64,000 bases of DNA from Flectonema sp. DT1601 (lineage: Eukaryota): contig OZ025784.1 of assembly GCA_964019425.1 (NCBI GenBank), forward strand, positions 1,426,001 to 1,490,000. The letters run 5' to 3'. The position numbers and the translations under genes are program-made. Below the pieces are notes generated by a model. It made no database searches and had not been told where the DNA came from. It saw nothing but the letters and a program-made list of their open reading frames with translations. Position 1 is the first letter of the stretch, and the number at the start of each line of letters is the position of its first letter. Below are positions 10,583 through 21,635 of this stretch, piece by piece.

Positions 10583-13500
10583 ATGAGGTCACTGGCGAGT
10601 ATCATATTATTGATTTTAGTGGTAATCGTTAGAAGCGAACGTTTGATTAGTTTAGTGACCAGAAATATTAAAATAGATGATGATGGTAGACATGTCCAAA
10701 CACTTGTCGAGAATAAAAATTTCAAACGTCACTATATATCACAATTCAGTCATCATCAAACTCTGTTAACTAAATCCATTGAAATGGTGTGTTTTGAAAA
10801 TAGTGATCCCGAAAATGGTATTAATCATCACTATCTCGGTTCTAATTCATACATCATTTACTGCAGTACCAATCATATTGAAAAACTTATCAGAAATCAT
10901 GGATTACAATGGTACACTTCTTTACTCCCTATTGATAAGTTGGGTTTAGTCGTGCCAAACTCATCTCAAAAACTCATAAACATGAGATATGTAGTTTTTG
11001 AAACTAGTTACTACATTGAACCTCTATACTTATCAAAGTCTTTGCAATGTAAAGTTAGTTTTATAAATAAAGAAGGAACTGGATACAGAATACCGTACAG
11101 ATATGTTGCTTCAAAATGTAAAGGTGAGAATATTACATTAATGTCTATAGCAGCTATGGATGAAGTTTTGTGGGTCAGAGAAGGAGAAGAACCGAATGTT
11201 ATGACCACCGCAGCTCAATGGATTACACAGTCGAATCATAATAATCACCTTCCTATTTGGGATTTGGGTGTTACTGGGATTGGGGAAGTCATTGCTGTTG
11301 GTGATACGGGTCTTGATTATGAATCCTGTTTTTTTTCAGATCCGAATGAGGCGATTAGCTTCTTTCCTAACACCTCCAACACACACAGAAAGATCGTATC
11401 ATATTCACAATCTGATTGTGAATGTGTTGAGAATGGAGCGACATCTGAAGGACTGTCTGCTCCTTTTGGTGACTCCACAGATCAAATAAACGGCCACGGC
11501 ACACATGCCGCAGGATGCATATCAGGCATACCAACTGGTGTGAAGATTAGTGATAATTATCAAGGGGTGGGTCTCGCTCCTGAATCTAAACTTTTCATTC
11601 AAGACTTAGAAGACTTGACACTACCAACAACCATACTAAGAAATGTTTATCCAGGTCATTCACTAAGATTAAAATACTACAAGGATGCTCTACTGGTAGG
11701 CGCAATGATCCATTCCTCATCGTGGGGTACTTCACCTCCGCTGGGTGCCGATGACCTTCTAGACTTGGGTGGATATGGTCCTCGTATCTCAACACCCTAC
11801 GGAACATATTCTCATGATACAGATCTCTGGGTGTGGAATCACAAACAGTACCTTCCAATATTCGCCTCTGGCAATGACGGCCGCCGCGGTTCTCGAACTA
11901 TCTCAGCCCCGGGCAATGCAAAAAACGTTCTCACAGTTGGTTCACTAGAACTAGGCTCCAGTTCAATTCCCTATCGTGAAGATGTTGCGTATTTCAGTTC
12001 TACAGGACCGACATTTGACGGAAGGATAAAACCTGATGTTATAGCTCCAGGTACTGCTGTTACCGCAGCATACAGCGATAATGGAAAAACTCAAGGCGTT
12101 TGTCTAACAAGTGCACACAGCGGTTCTTCGGTAAGCACTCCTCTAGTGGCAGCATCTGTTGCTCTACTGCGACAGTATTTAAGAGAAGGGAGACATTCAA
12201 ATTCAGTTGGTCAGCCAGATCCAACCGCAGCCATTGCTTATCCCTCAGCAGCTCTTTTAAAGGCTTTGATCATTGCAGGAACTGTTAGTGTGAATGGAGT
12301 TAAGAAACAAGATTTTAATGATCCGGTTGGTAGGTTTGTTAACGAAACATGGCCATCATGGATCGCTGGATACGGTTCGATAAAATTGTCGTCAATAATG
12401 ACATTTAATACTAAATTAAGTTCTTATCACAACACATGGTTTGAATCGATATCCTTTTCAAATTCATCTGTTGTTGGTTCGAGTTACTATTGGTGTTTTC
12501 AAGTATTAGACACACCTGACATCAGAACACCACTCACAGTAGCACTGGCATACACTGACTATCCTGCTTCTTTGTTCGCATCGTCGGCATTGGTGACAAA
12601 TATAAATTTGATACTGCACAACGATGACGGACAAACTTGGAAGGGGAATTCCAATATAACAGGTGAAGTAATCGACACTAAGAATAACGTTGAAGCCATA
12701 CGTATTGATCAACCAGTGCCTGGTTATTATATGATTCAGATCGTCTTGCAAGATTCAATGGCGGATGCTGTGAAAATTGATGGTGGGCAGCCTGCTTCTA
12801 TTGCTGTCACAGGTCCGATTGGTGGAAGTGACTCAGCCATGTGTCCAAAAAGAAGATGTCCAAATGACTGCTCTGGAACTGGTGTTTGCAGATCTTCAAA
12901 CGATGGAAGACTTACTTGTTCATGTTTGAATGGATATCGACATGCTGACTGTTCTGTACCAACTTGTGGAATCCGCGGTGATTCCGAATGCAACAATCAT
13001 GGTTGTTATGACACTGCTTCCTTAACCTGTACCTGTCACACTGATAATATTAACGGGTTCTGGTCAGGTTCTAATTGTAATCAATGTGCTTCATCTCATG
13101 AGGGATTATATCAAAATGGTACTTTACGATGTCACATTGAAAAGATGTGTTCAGCAAATGGTTTAATGACCAACACACCAGTTGGAGGAGGGCTAACAAT
13201 ACCACACTGCAATTGTCAAGCATCACCAGCAACAGGTTGGTGGGGAGGATGGTCGTGTACAACATGTGCTGAAGGATATTCTGGTTCAACATGTCGATGC
13301 TCAACACCTTATTGCAATGGTCATGGTCGCTGTACTGATTCTGGTTGTTTATGTGATACAAATGATCATTCTGGTCACTGGGCTCATAACATAACATATA
13401 GTGACTGCACCATATGTGAATCTGGTTGGTATGGACCTACCTGTAAGTGTACTTCTCCTACTTGTTCAGGTCATGGAACCTGTACTGATGGAGGTTGTGT

Positions 13501-15826
13501 TTGTCTCTCAAATTCAGTTGTCGGTCACTGGAACTTGTCTAATTACACCTGCTCAGTATGTGAAACAGGGTGGACTGGTGCAGGGTGTAATTGTAAAGTT
13601 GACTCAAACAGAAACTCAGCTACAGTTGGTCAAGTCTGTGGAGGTCACGGAGTGTGTGAGACAGCTGCTGGGTGTACCTGTGAGAGATCTGTTTTATTTG
13701 GTCTGTGGACTTCAACATCAGAAGGGGTTTGTAATAGTTGTGCATCAGGAGCATATGGAACAGGATGTAGATGTTTAGATTTACAATGTGGAGGTCATGG
13801 AATATGTACAGGAACTGGTTGTGTATGTGATAAATCTGATTTAGTAGGTCACTGGCAGTCACGTGATGGAACCTGCACTACTTGCACTGAGGGATGGTTT
13901 GGTGTTTCATGCAGATGCAGATCACCAGACTGTGACGGGCACGGTGACTGTTTGGCAGATGGATGTCGTTGTTACCAAACAATAGCAAGCACAGATACGT
14001 TAAGAAATGGATACTACACTGGTGATGGCACTTCGTGTAATACATGTCTCGCAGGATGGTCAGTTTACCCTTCATGTCTATGTGCCACACCTGACTGTGA
14101 CGGCCATGGCAGATGTACAGCTGATGGATGCGTTTGTCAACAAGCACAATTATCACAAGGAATCGGTGCGTGGAGCTCATCAAACTCTGCGTCGAATTGT
14201 AGAATATGCGCACCTGGCTACGCAGGTACTGACTGCACCTGTGCTGCGGAAAATTGCGCTCAAATATTTTTAAATGGTGCGGATATTCTTGACCAGAGCA
14301 GTTCTGTTTACACATACACCGTGTTAAATACAACTTATCAGTCGTCAGTTCATTTGAGCGCAGCGGAGTTGGCTTTGGTTCCATCAGATGCAACTTTAGA
14401 AATAATGATAAAACTCATAAGAGAAGACAGTAGTGATCATCCTCGTAAGAGTGGTATCCAAAAGAAAGTGTTTTTAGAAAATGCTTTCAGATGGACTCAT
14501 GCTGTTGATATGGCTGCTGCTATCACAACAGATTCACCCTCGAGTAACACAACTACTGTTGGTAATCAAACAGAAATGTTGAATAACGGAAGGCATTTCG
14601 AGATCTTGGAAAGTAACAATGATGATATTTCATTCACTACATACATAGAAATTACAACCACGTGGGTTCACACACCGGAAAAACAAACCGCTAGCCTGGG
14701 TAGTGCATCTCTGTATATTTTAGGAAAGTCTGGTTGGTTAGTAGCCAAAACCACTTGTCCACAACACCTACAACAGGAAGAGACGTCAGCGAATGCACAA
14801 ACAACTGTGACAAGAGTCTGCGTTGTTAGCTCTGACGTTGTTTTTGCTGTTTTCGCGGATGAAGCCACTCCTGACTACACTATCTACTATGTGTTAGTGG
14901 GTATTGGAATAGTGTTATTGCTCTCTCTTGTTATGCTTCTACTGGTACATCGGCTACGACGTCGACTCGCTCGAGAAAAGAAAGAACGACAAGCAAAAGA
15001 CCTCGTTATAAGATTTATGCAAGAACGTCGTGATCAAGGTCCATCGCTTCGTGAAAGGCTTCGATTAAATGACGGCGATGCATTCACAGAAGAAATTGCA
15101 GCTCAGAGAATTCTTGCAAAGCTTCAGAAAAAGAGAGATATGTTCGTCAGGTTAATGAACAGAAAGGAATTTAATCAAATCAAACTACTCACAAAGGCGC
15201 TCATAGGAATCGAACTCCAGGGAGACAGCAGCAAGAATATTAACGCGCTCACATCACTGACAAGTGGTGAAAGAGCGATAAAGAAAATCTGGGAATTCAG
15301 AGAAGACGAACTGCACCTTCTCGAAGCCTGCAGACTACTGAGAGGAATGATGGTAGAACCTTCTGAGGGACCTGATGGTGAGTTGACCGAATCTCCTTTT
15401 TTAAAACCAGGTGTTGCACCAAGGCTTCAGAGGGAGTTGATTGAAACAAAAGCCGAAAACGTAAAACTCCGAAGAGTTCTGCTCGCAATGAAATCTGTAG
15501 ACCCGTCGGTCACATCCGTAGCTTCAATGTTTCAACCAAAGCAATCAGTCATCCCTGAGCCTAAACCAAAGAGTAAGAAGGTTACTCATGTCCCGCAATC
15601 AACTTTCTCAGATATTATTCATTCTCCAACTCGTTCTCAGGTGCAGAAGCGGCCTCAGTCGTTGAGATCACAGTCTTCACTTGCTGTAACTCACAGTTTA
15701 GATGTTATAGAAAAGGAAGGTCAACTGTCACCTTTATCAGGAAATACTTCCCCACATGGATTCACAAGTCCTGGTACCCCAATGGCTGCAGCAGCTGAGG
15801 CTGCTCCTGTCAGTCCGTCGAGTTAG
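10583..15826 (+). CDS. Type I membrane subtilisin-like (S8) serine protease with EGF/laminin-like Cys repeats
   Basis: Signal peptide; catalytic motifs GDTGLD, HGTHAAG, ASGNDG, GRIKPDVIAPG and GSSVSTP; about 10 CxGHGxC repeats; TM helix YYVLVGIGIVLLLSLVMLLLV; long cytoplasmic tail. Confidence 0.92.
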   Translation: MRSLASIILLILVVIVRSERLISLVTRNIKIDDDGRHVQTLVENKNFKRHYISQFSHHQTLLTKSIEMVCFENSDPENGINHHYLGSNSYIIYCSTNHIEKLIRNHGLQWYTSLLPIDKLGLVVPNSSQKLINMRYVVFETSYYIEPLYLSKSLQCKVSFINKEGTGYRIPYRYVASKCKGENITLMSIAAMDEVLWVREGEEPNVMTTAAQWITQSNHNNHLPIWDLGVTGIGEVIAVGDTGLDYESCFFSDPNEAISFFPNTSNTHRKIVSYSQSDCECVENGATSEGLSAPFGDSTDQINGHGTHAAGCISGIPTGVKISDNYQGVGLAPESKLFIQDLEDLTLPTTILRNVYPGHSLRLKYYKDALLVGAMIHSSSWGTSPPLGADDLLDLGGYGPRISTPYGTYSHDTDLWVWNHKQYLPIFASGNDGRRGSRTISAPGNAKNVLTVGSLELGSSSIPYREDVAYFSSTGPTFDGRIKPDVIAPGTAVTAAYSDNGKTQGVCLTSAHSGSSVSTPLVAASVALLRQYLREGRHSNSVGQPDPTAAIAYPSAALLKALIIAGTVSVNGVKKQDFNDPVGRFVNETWPSWIAGYGSIKLSSIMTFNTKLSSYHNTWFESISFSNSSVVGSSYYWCFQVLDTPDIRTPLTVALAYTDYPASLFASSALVTNINLILHNDDGQTWKGNSNITGEVIDTKNNVEAIRIDQPVPGYYMIQIVLQDSMADAVKIDGGQPASIAVTGPIGGSDSAMCPKRRCPNDCSGTGVCRSSNDGRLTCSCLNGYRHADCSVPTCGIRGDSECNNHGCYDTASLTCTCHTDNINGFWSGSNCNQCASSHEGLYQNGTLRCHIEKMCSANGLMTNTPVGGGLTIPHCNCQASPATGWWGGWSCTTCAEGYSGSTCRCSTPYCNGHGRCTDSGCLCDTNDHSGHWAHNITYSDCTICESGWYGPTCKCTSPTCSGHGTCTDGGCVCLSNSVVGHWNLSNYTCSVCETGWTGAGCNCKVDSNRNSATVGQVCGGHGVCETAAGCTCERSVLFGLWTSTSEGVCNSCASGAYGTGCRCLDLQCGGHGICTGTGCVCDKSDLVGHWQSRDGTCTTCTEGWFGVSCRCRSPDCDGHGDCLADGCRCYQTIASTDTLRNGYYTGDGTSCNTCLAGWSVYPSCLCATPDCDGHGRCTADGCVCQQAQLSQGIGAWSSSNSASNCRICAPGYAGTDCTCAAENCAQIFLNGADILDQSSSVYTYTVLNTTYQSSVHLSAAELALVPSDATLEIMIKLIREDSSDHPRKSGIQKKVFLENAFRWTHAVDMAAAITTDSPSSNTTTVGNQTEMLNNGRHFEILESNNDDISFTTYIEITTTWVHTPEKQTASLGSASLYILGKSGWLVAKTTCPQHLQQEETSANAQTTVTRVCVVSSDVVFAVFADEATPDYTIYYVLVGIGIVLLLSLVMLLLVHRLRRRLAREKKERQAKDLVIRFMQERRDQGPSLRERLRLNDGDAFTEEIAAQRILAKLQKKRDMFVRLMNRKEFNQIKLLTKALIGIELQGDSSKNINALTSLTSGERAIKKIWEFREDELHLLEACRLLRGMMVEPSEGPDGELTESPFLKPGVAPRLQRELIETKAENVKLRRVLLAMKSVDPSVTSVASMFQPKQSVIPEPKPKSKKVTHVPQSTFSDIIHSPTRSQVQKRPQSLRSQSSLAVTHSLDVIEKEGQLSPLSGNTSPHGFTSPGTPMAAAAEAAPVSPSS

Positions 15827-16079
15827 TCTTCTATCGGTGATTTGGTATTTACACGGTTGAGAGTGACTAAGAAATAAGAATTAGGTCCTTAGAATAGTTG
15901 CTTTTCCTTTTCAGGTAAAGTGGCGTTTTTTTAAAATTATTTTTCTGATTTTTTTTTTATTGTCGATTCTAAGAGTGAGTATATATCTTTATTTGGTGTT
16001 TACCAGAGGGATTTGTTATTTCTGACTGTTGTCGCACGGCATCTAACACTTCTTGTCTTTCAGTAGATTACTCAAAACA

Positions 16080-17267
16080 ATGCAAGTTTTTGTGACATGC
16101 TCGGATTTAGGACTCCCCGCTGTGCCAGTCATAGTTGGTGCTGAATCAGTTGTGAGCGACGTGTTGAATGCGGCGGCTGTTGAGTGGGATGTCGATCCGG
16201 AGGAAGTTGAACTCTCATTCGCTGGTGAAACACTTTGTGAAACTGAGCGGTTAGCAGATCATGGAGTGGGCGCAGACAGCGAGTTGGAAATGTGGAAGAA
16301 GCGGTTTCAGTTATTTGGTAAATGCTGGTTTATTGATGATTCGAAGCGTGAGAAGCTGCTTCAATGGCTTGAAGACCACGATGAGGAATACTTAAACCTG
16401 GACACTCCTACATTCTCAGAATACGGTCGCCTAAGTGTTGACAATAGTTTGCTGCCTTCAAATGCTGAACGGATTTCTTTCCGCAATTCAAATTCCGACA
16501 TCACAGTCATCTCACAAAACTTCCTGCACGGCTCTTCAATCACTTCTGTTGACCTTTCGGGTCTAAGCAGTATCACCACTATTGGAAATTGTTTCTTGTC
16601 TTCCTGTTTACGAATCACTGCTGTTGACCTTTCAGGTTTTAGTAGTGTTACTACTATTGGAAATAATTTCTTGTTTATTTGTTCACAAATCACATCTCTT
16701 GACCTTTCTTGTCTTAGTAGTGCCACCACTATTGGAGATTATTTCTTATTTCGCTGTTCACAACTCACTTCTCTTGACCTTTCTTGTCTTAGCAGTGTCA
16801 CCACTGTTGGAGATACTTTCCTGTCTTTCTGTACACAACTCACTTCTCTTGACCTTTCAAGTCTTAGTAGTGTTACTACCATTGGAAGTTTTTTCTTGTC
16901 TTCCTGTTCACAACTCACTTCTCTTGACCTTTCAGGACTAAGTAGTGTTACTACTATTGGAAATCGTTTCTTGTGTTCCTGTTCACAACTCACTGCTGTT
17001 GACCTTTCAGGTTTTGGTAGTGTCATCACTATTGGAAGTTTCTTTTTGTCTTTCTGTTCAAAAATCGCTTCTCTTGACCTTTCTTGTCTTAGTAGTGTCA
17101 CCACTATTGGTGATAATTTCCTGTGCTACTGTTCGCGAATCACTTCTCTTGACCTTTCAGGTCTTACTTGTACAACTAACATAGGAGATGAATTCCTGAC
17201 AGATAGCATCGCCCTTGACTCTTCCTGCACGGCTCTTCAATCACTTCTGTTGACCTTTCGGGTCTAA
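16080..17267 (+). CDS. Divergent ubiquitin-like + LRR protein (locus 3); C-terminus altered by an internal duplication and frameshift
   Basis: MQVFV...VELSFAGETL...LADHGVGADSELE Ubl pattern; 25-aa LRRs ITSLDLSxLSSVTTIGxxFLxxCSQ. Confidence 0.8.
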   Translation: MQVFVTCSDLGLPAVPVIVGAESVVSDVLNAAAVEWDVDPEEVELSFAGETLCETERLADHGVGADSELEMWKKRFQLFGKCWFIDDSKREKLLQWLEDHDEEYLNLDTPTFSEYGRLSVDNSLLPSNAERISFRNSNSDITVISQNFLHGSSITSVDLSGLSSITTIGNCFLSSCLRITAVDLSGFSSVTTIGNNFLFICSQITSLDLSCLSSATTIGDYFLFRCSQLTSLDLSCLSSVTTVGDTFLSFCTQLTSLDLSSLSSVTTIGSFFLSSCSQLTSLDLSGLSSVTTIGNRFLCSCSQLTAVDLSGFGSVITIGSFFLSFCSKIASLDLSCLSSVTTIGDNFLCYCSRITSLDLSGLTCTTNIGDEFLTDSIALDSSCTALQSLLLTFRV

Positions 17268-17821
17268 GCAGTATCACCACTATTGGAAATAATTTCTTGT
17301 TTTCTTGTTCACAAATCACGTCTCTTGACCTTTCTTGTCTTAGTAGTGTCACCAGTATTGGAGATTATTTCTTATTTCGCTGTCCACAACTCGCTTCTCT
17401 TGACCTTTCAGGTCTTAGTAGTGTTACCGCAGTTGGGAATTGTTTCTTGTCTTTCTGTTCACAACTCACTTCCCTTGACCTTTCAAATCTTAGTAGTGTC
17501 ACCACTATTGGAGATTATTTCCTGTCTTTCTGTTCACAACTCACTGATCTTAACCTTTCAGGTTTTGGACGCGTCACCACTATTGGTAATAATTTCTTAT
17601 ATTACTGTTCGCGAATCACTTCTCTTGATCTTTCAGGACTTACTTGTACAACTAAAATAGGAGATAAATTCCTGGCGAAAAGCATCGCATTTAAATCTGT
17701 TCAGCTGCCTATAAATAATAGCGCTGTCTTCGAGCGGTGTAATCGTGAAAAGCGAGGTTGTGGATCGATTCTTGGATGCTTGTTTTGTTGTTTTAATGCA
17801 GATAAGTATACGGTAATTTAG
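17221..17821 (+). pseudogene. Orphan 3' half of an LRR paralog, out of frame with the upstream ORF
   Basis: 17221-17290 repeats 16520-16589; the LRR frame runs on to a Cys-rich C-terminus (GCGSILGCLFCCF) and stop at 17821. No ATG start or Ubl domain of its own. Confidence 0.6.
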
Positions 17822-18149
17822 AGAAATTTTGTTGACCTTTTAGTTTCCTTTTTTGTTGTTTTAATTAATGTTCTTGTTAAAAAAAGTATAATTTAGGAAG
17901 TAAAGTTTCATTTATTTTAGTATAAAGAATGGTTTGTCTGTGTCCGATTCCCCCTTCGTTGTCGCATTCGTTCCTTTTTCATGAATGTATCGGTGGGAGT
18001 CTGCCAGTGTTGCAGAGTTGAGGTTTTATTAAGGCTGTCGTCGTATCCATAACGTATTTTGCTGCTTATCTTTTTTAATTCAACTTTGTGAACAGCTTAA
18101 TATAAAAATCTTTTACTTTATCTAACAGCCACATATATATATTCATACC

Positions 18150-18821
18150 ATGGTTAAACCGGAAACCCCTGACTTACTGAACACTGAGGATGTTAGGGCG
18201 GGTGTTAGATGGGTTTTTGACGTTAAGAATGACTGCCAAGCGATAAATAAATTTTACCAGGGATTCTCTGGACTGGGAGGAGAAGAAAGCACCTTCAAAA
18301 GATACTGCGATAAAGTGATGGATTACGGTGGTGATGCCAATGGAAAAGTAAGCAACAGAGACTTCATAGCATGTTATGGTAGATTAGACTCTTGGTTAGT
18401 AGCGAAGGAACAAACTTTTGATAAGCACTTGCCATACGTTGGTCAGTGTACGTTCGGTGTAGTTGTTGGATATAGTGGAGCTCGTCTGGTAAAATATGCT
18501 CTCCGTAATGTGTTTAAAATGGCAATTTTTGGTATTGTCAGCTACAACGTTGCTGGAGCACTACTGACTGATACTAACCCAGTGGCTCAGCATCAGATTG
18601 ATTTGACTAAACAGCAAATAGAAGCAGCGGTTGCTAAGACTGAGACTTGGGCATCTCAATTCAAAAATTTAGGTTACACGAGACATGATACCGAAAAGAT
18701 ATTTAACGCTGTTGGACTCGGTGTGATTAACAGAAAACTCGGACCCGGAGGAGTTCCTGAAGGGACTTCGATGTACGCATCCATCGTGGCTGGTCTTTGG
18801 ATCGGTCTTCGCTGTTTGTAG
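18150..18821 (+). CDS. FUN14-like membrane protein with a possible EF-hand-like loop
   Basis: QCTFGVVVGYSGARLVK and C-terminal IVAGLWIGLR resemble FUN14 helices; DYGGDANGKVSNRDF resembles an EF-hand. Confidence 0.5.
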   Translation: MVKPETPDLLNTEDVRAGVRWVFDVKNDCQAINKFYQGFSGLGGEESTFKRYCDKVMDYGGDANGKVSNRDFIACYGRLDSWLVAKEQTFDKHLPYVGQCTFGVVVGYSGARLVKYALRNVFKMAIFGIVSYNVAGALLTDTNPVAQHQIDLTKQQIEAAVAKTETWASQFKNLGYTRHDTEKIFNAVGLGVINRKLGPGGVPEGTSMYASIVAGLWIGLRCL

Positions 18822-19298
18822 TAGCTGTCAAAAGACAATCTTGCATGTAAGAAGTAATAAAGAAAAAGATAGCCTCGAATATCACTGTGACAATTCACTT
18901 GTTTTCTATTGAGCGCCTTTTTCATTTTTTTTTTATTTTTTTTTTCATACCTACGAAACCTATTGTTTGGTAGAAAGAGAATCGCGGCACGCATAACTTG
19001 CCTATTTCGTTTATTAAGATTTTTGAACAGGTGATTCAATTGTTAAGACTACTTTTTTTTTCCCCCTCCCATTTTTCTTCTCACTTTCGTTCTTGCATAA
19101 TATCTGCAACCCAAAGCCACCAAGTTATACCCTGAACTGTCTGAAGCCATATTGTAAACATGAGGTATTAGGGAGGTTGCGTGGTTTCCACCTCATCAGA
19201 CCTCAATAAAGTTTCAAATTGCCCCTTGCTTTGATCATGTGTTTACGTTTCGGATATTATTTAATACGAGTCGGTTAACGTTTTTTTTTTCTTTTTTT

Positions 19299-21217
19299 GC
19301 ACCGACGAAGTCGGAGAAGAAAGTATTCAGATTAAGAGCCGTTATTTTATTATTGTCATGTTATCTATTTTCCCTGTGCCGCCAGTAAAACTAGCCGCGA
19401 TCAACAAAATATATGAGGACATGTCAAAAGTCTGGTACCGTTTTGGTCAACGGTAAACTGTGGGCATGTACAACTCAATCGAGACCCAACCCGGTCTGAA
19501 ACATGCCCCAAAAAATTCAATTCCGGGTGTGGGATCTCACTTTACTCGTAATACTTGTAAAAAAAAAAAAAAATCCTGCATTTTTTGCTTGTGGCTTACA
19601 GAGAACTGGCTTGTGGCTACAGAGAAACCCAAATATTACATATGCAGCCTTGCCAAAAGTATCATCCCCCAAATCTATATTCTAATATTTCATTATAAAA
19701 ATAAATGGAATTATCGGTAAAAATAATACTTTTAACGTGAAAATTATTATTAGTTTTTAGCACCACGTTCTACACTTTTTGCACTTCCTTTGGACGTAGT
19801 CACATTCTGATCGAAAGCCCTGAGTAGAATCCTCGGAAGAGTTACCATCAGTTTTGAGTTGATTTGTATGCGTCAAAAAAAAGTCAATTTGTCGAGTCTC
19901 ATTGTGCAACTTGAAATGCATAGTTATACCCAAACTGTACTTCTCCTGCTGCTAATAATGTGATGATGACTCTTGTGGTAAGGAGTCTTCTCCTTAGGTA
20001 CCTGTGGCAAGGTACTGAAGGAGAAGACTCCTTATAATCAAGTTTTATAATTAAATCATCTCCGTATCAGAAGTGTTTTCTGAATAGACTGCATTCTGTC
20101 TCATAAACTCTTCTACATGATAATGAACCTCAACAAGTCTGTTGTATCATTATAATGAGATAGCAGCTGGTCGTACACCAGCTGCTATGACTGGTAAGCC
20201 ACCCTTACTGGACACTATTGTCAGCTCACTGGCATGTGCAGCATTCCAAACGGTTAATGAACAGTTACTGAGTAACCATTCTGTCATTCAACACTTGCTA
20301 AGTAGTTTTGACAGTTTCTTTCTAATTGTCTGTCCACACGGCAGTAGGAGCAGACATCAGTTCACAGCGCAAGGTGATGATATTCATTCCCACGCATACG
20401 ATGGTATGTAGATTCTGATATCAGATTTCGAATACTGCTGACCTTATAGATAGATTTAAATGTCCCCCAAGGACACCCTGCACGTAACAGTCTCACCTCG
20501 TTGACTTTTTGATACCATTGAAGTCGGACGAGGCTGCCTTGAGCTCGTTCTCACTTGACTGCACAACTTCAGGAAGATCTTCATTGGTTCTTATACTTAT
20601 GGGCACGTGGATTCTAGCATCCCAGGCCTTTCTGCCTATTTTTAGCCCAGCTTCCTCTAGAAAGCTTAACTTCCATCCTATTCTTCTAGACACTTCTCGC
20701 CTGTCACCCGTTTCCATGCTCACAATTGTTTCATTTACTACTGAAAGGACAATTGACACCATTCCACAGCACTGCTATTCCCACAACCCTCACGGGGCAT
20801 AGCAGTAACATCACCACCCCCAGAAAGGCATTGTAGCAGTTTTGCACGTTTACCTTCCAAGGTTTTTGAACTCCCATTGAACTTTTTCCTGTCACTCCAC
20901 TTCGGAGGGTCTCGCATCTTGTCAATCAGTAATTGCAGTTGCTCAATTATCGCTTTTGTGGTCATATTTTGCTTTTGTTATGCTTGGGGCTCTCTGTAAC
21001 AGCTTTGTTACCGGCTACAAGCAAAAAATGCAGGATTTTTTTTTTTTTTACAAGTATTACGAGTAAAGTGAGATCCCACACCCGGAATTGAATTTTTTGG
21101 GGCATGTTTCAGACGGGGTTGGGTCTCGATTGAGTTGTACATGCCCGCAGTTTACCGTTGACCAAAACGGTACCAGACTTTTGACATCCACTCATATAAA
21201 GGCTTATCTGAATGGTT
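19299..21217. mobile_element. ~135-bp dispersed element, copy 2, split by the TIR transposon (19299-19414 and 21198-21217)
   Basis: The left part matches 10141-10255; the remainder AAAGGCTTATCTGAATGGTT resumes after the insertion. Confidence 0.85.
19415..21193 (-). mobile_element. Degenerate Sola-like (probably Sola2) DNA transposon; ~180-bp TIRs, GAG...CTC termini, ATAT duplicated at the site
   Basis: TIRs 19415-19595 and 21014-21193 are near-perfect inverses. Minus-strand remnants read ISESTYHRMRGNEYHHLAL*TDVCSYC, IIKLDYKE and PQESSSHY*QQEKYSLGI. An empty site is visible in the paralogous repeat at 10141-10275. Confidence 0.8.
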
Positions 21218-21635
21218 TTTTTTTTTTTTTTTTTTTTCGTAGTTCAAGCACGGGAAAATTTTAATTCCATCGCGGGTACTAACACATTGATCACACCAGC
21301 AATACAAGTTGGGGAAACCAATTAGACGGTCTGAGAATCGTTTTTTTTTTCCTTTCTTTCTTTTTTTCTTTTTTCCCTTTGCGCTGATCCTGATTAGTTT
21401 CTTCTACTTCCTCTGTCTGGATGATCAGCACAGCAGTTATTTTAACACCCCTGCAGAAAAAAAAAAAAAAAAAAAAAAATTACAAAAATAGGGAAAACAC
21501 ACCTACTTTAATCATTTCTACTGCGACTCCGATTACTTGTCATAGCTGACAAAAACAGATACAAGATACCTACTCTTAGAGTTGTAGCATTGAATAAGCA
21601 TTATATAACTTTCCTTTAGGTCTTCCCTCACAAGA

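Noticed and set aside
19161..19205. Hammerhead-like motif on the minus strand (TGAGGT-CTGATGA-GGTGGAAACCAC-GCAAC...ACCTCA)
   Set aside because: GAAA is replaced by GCAA, there is an extra base before stem II, and no stem III forms; at best a dead relic.
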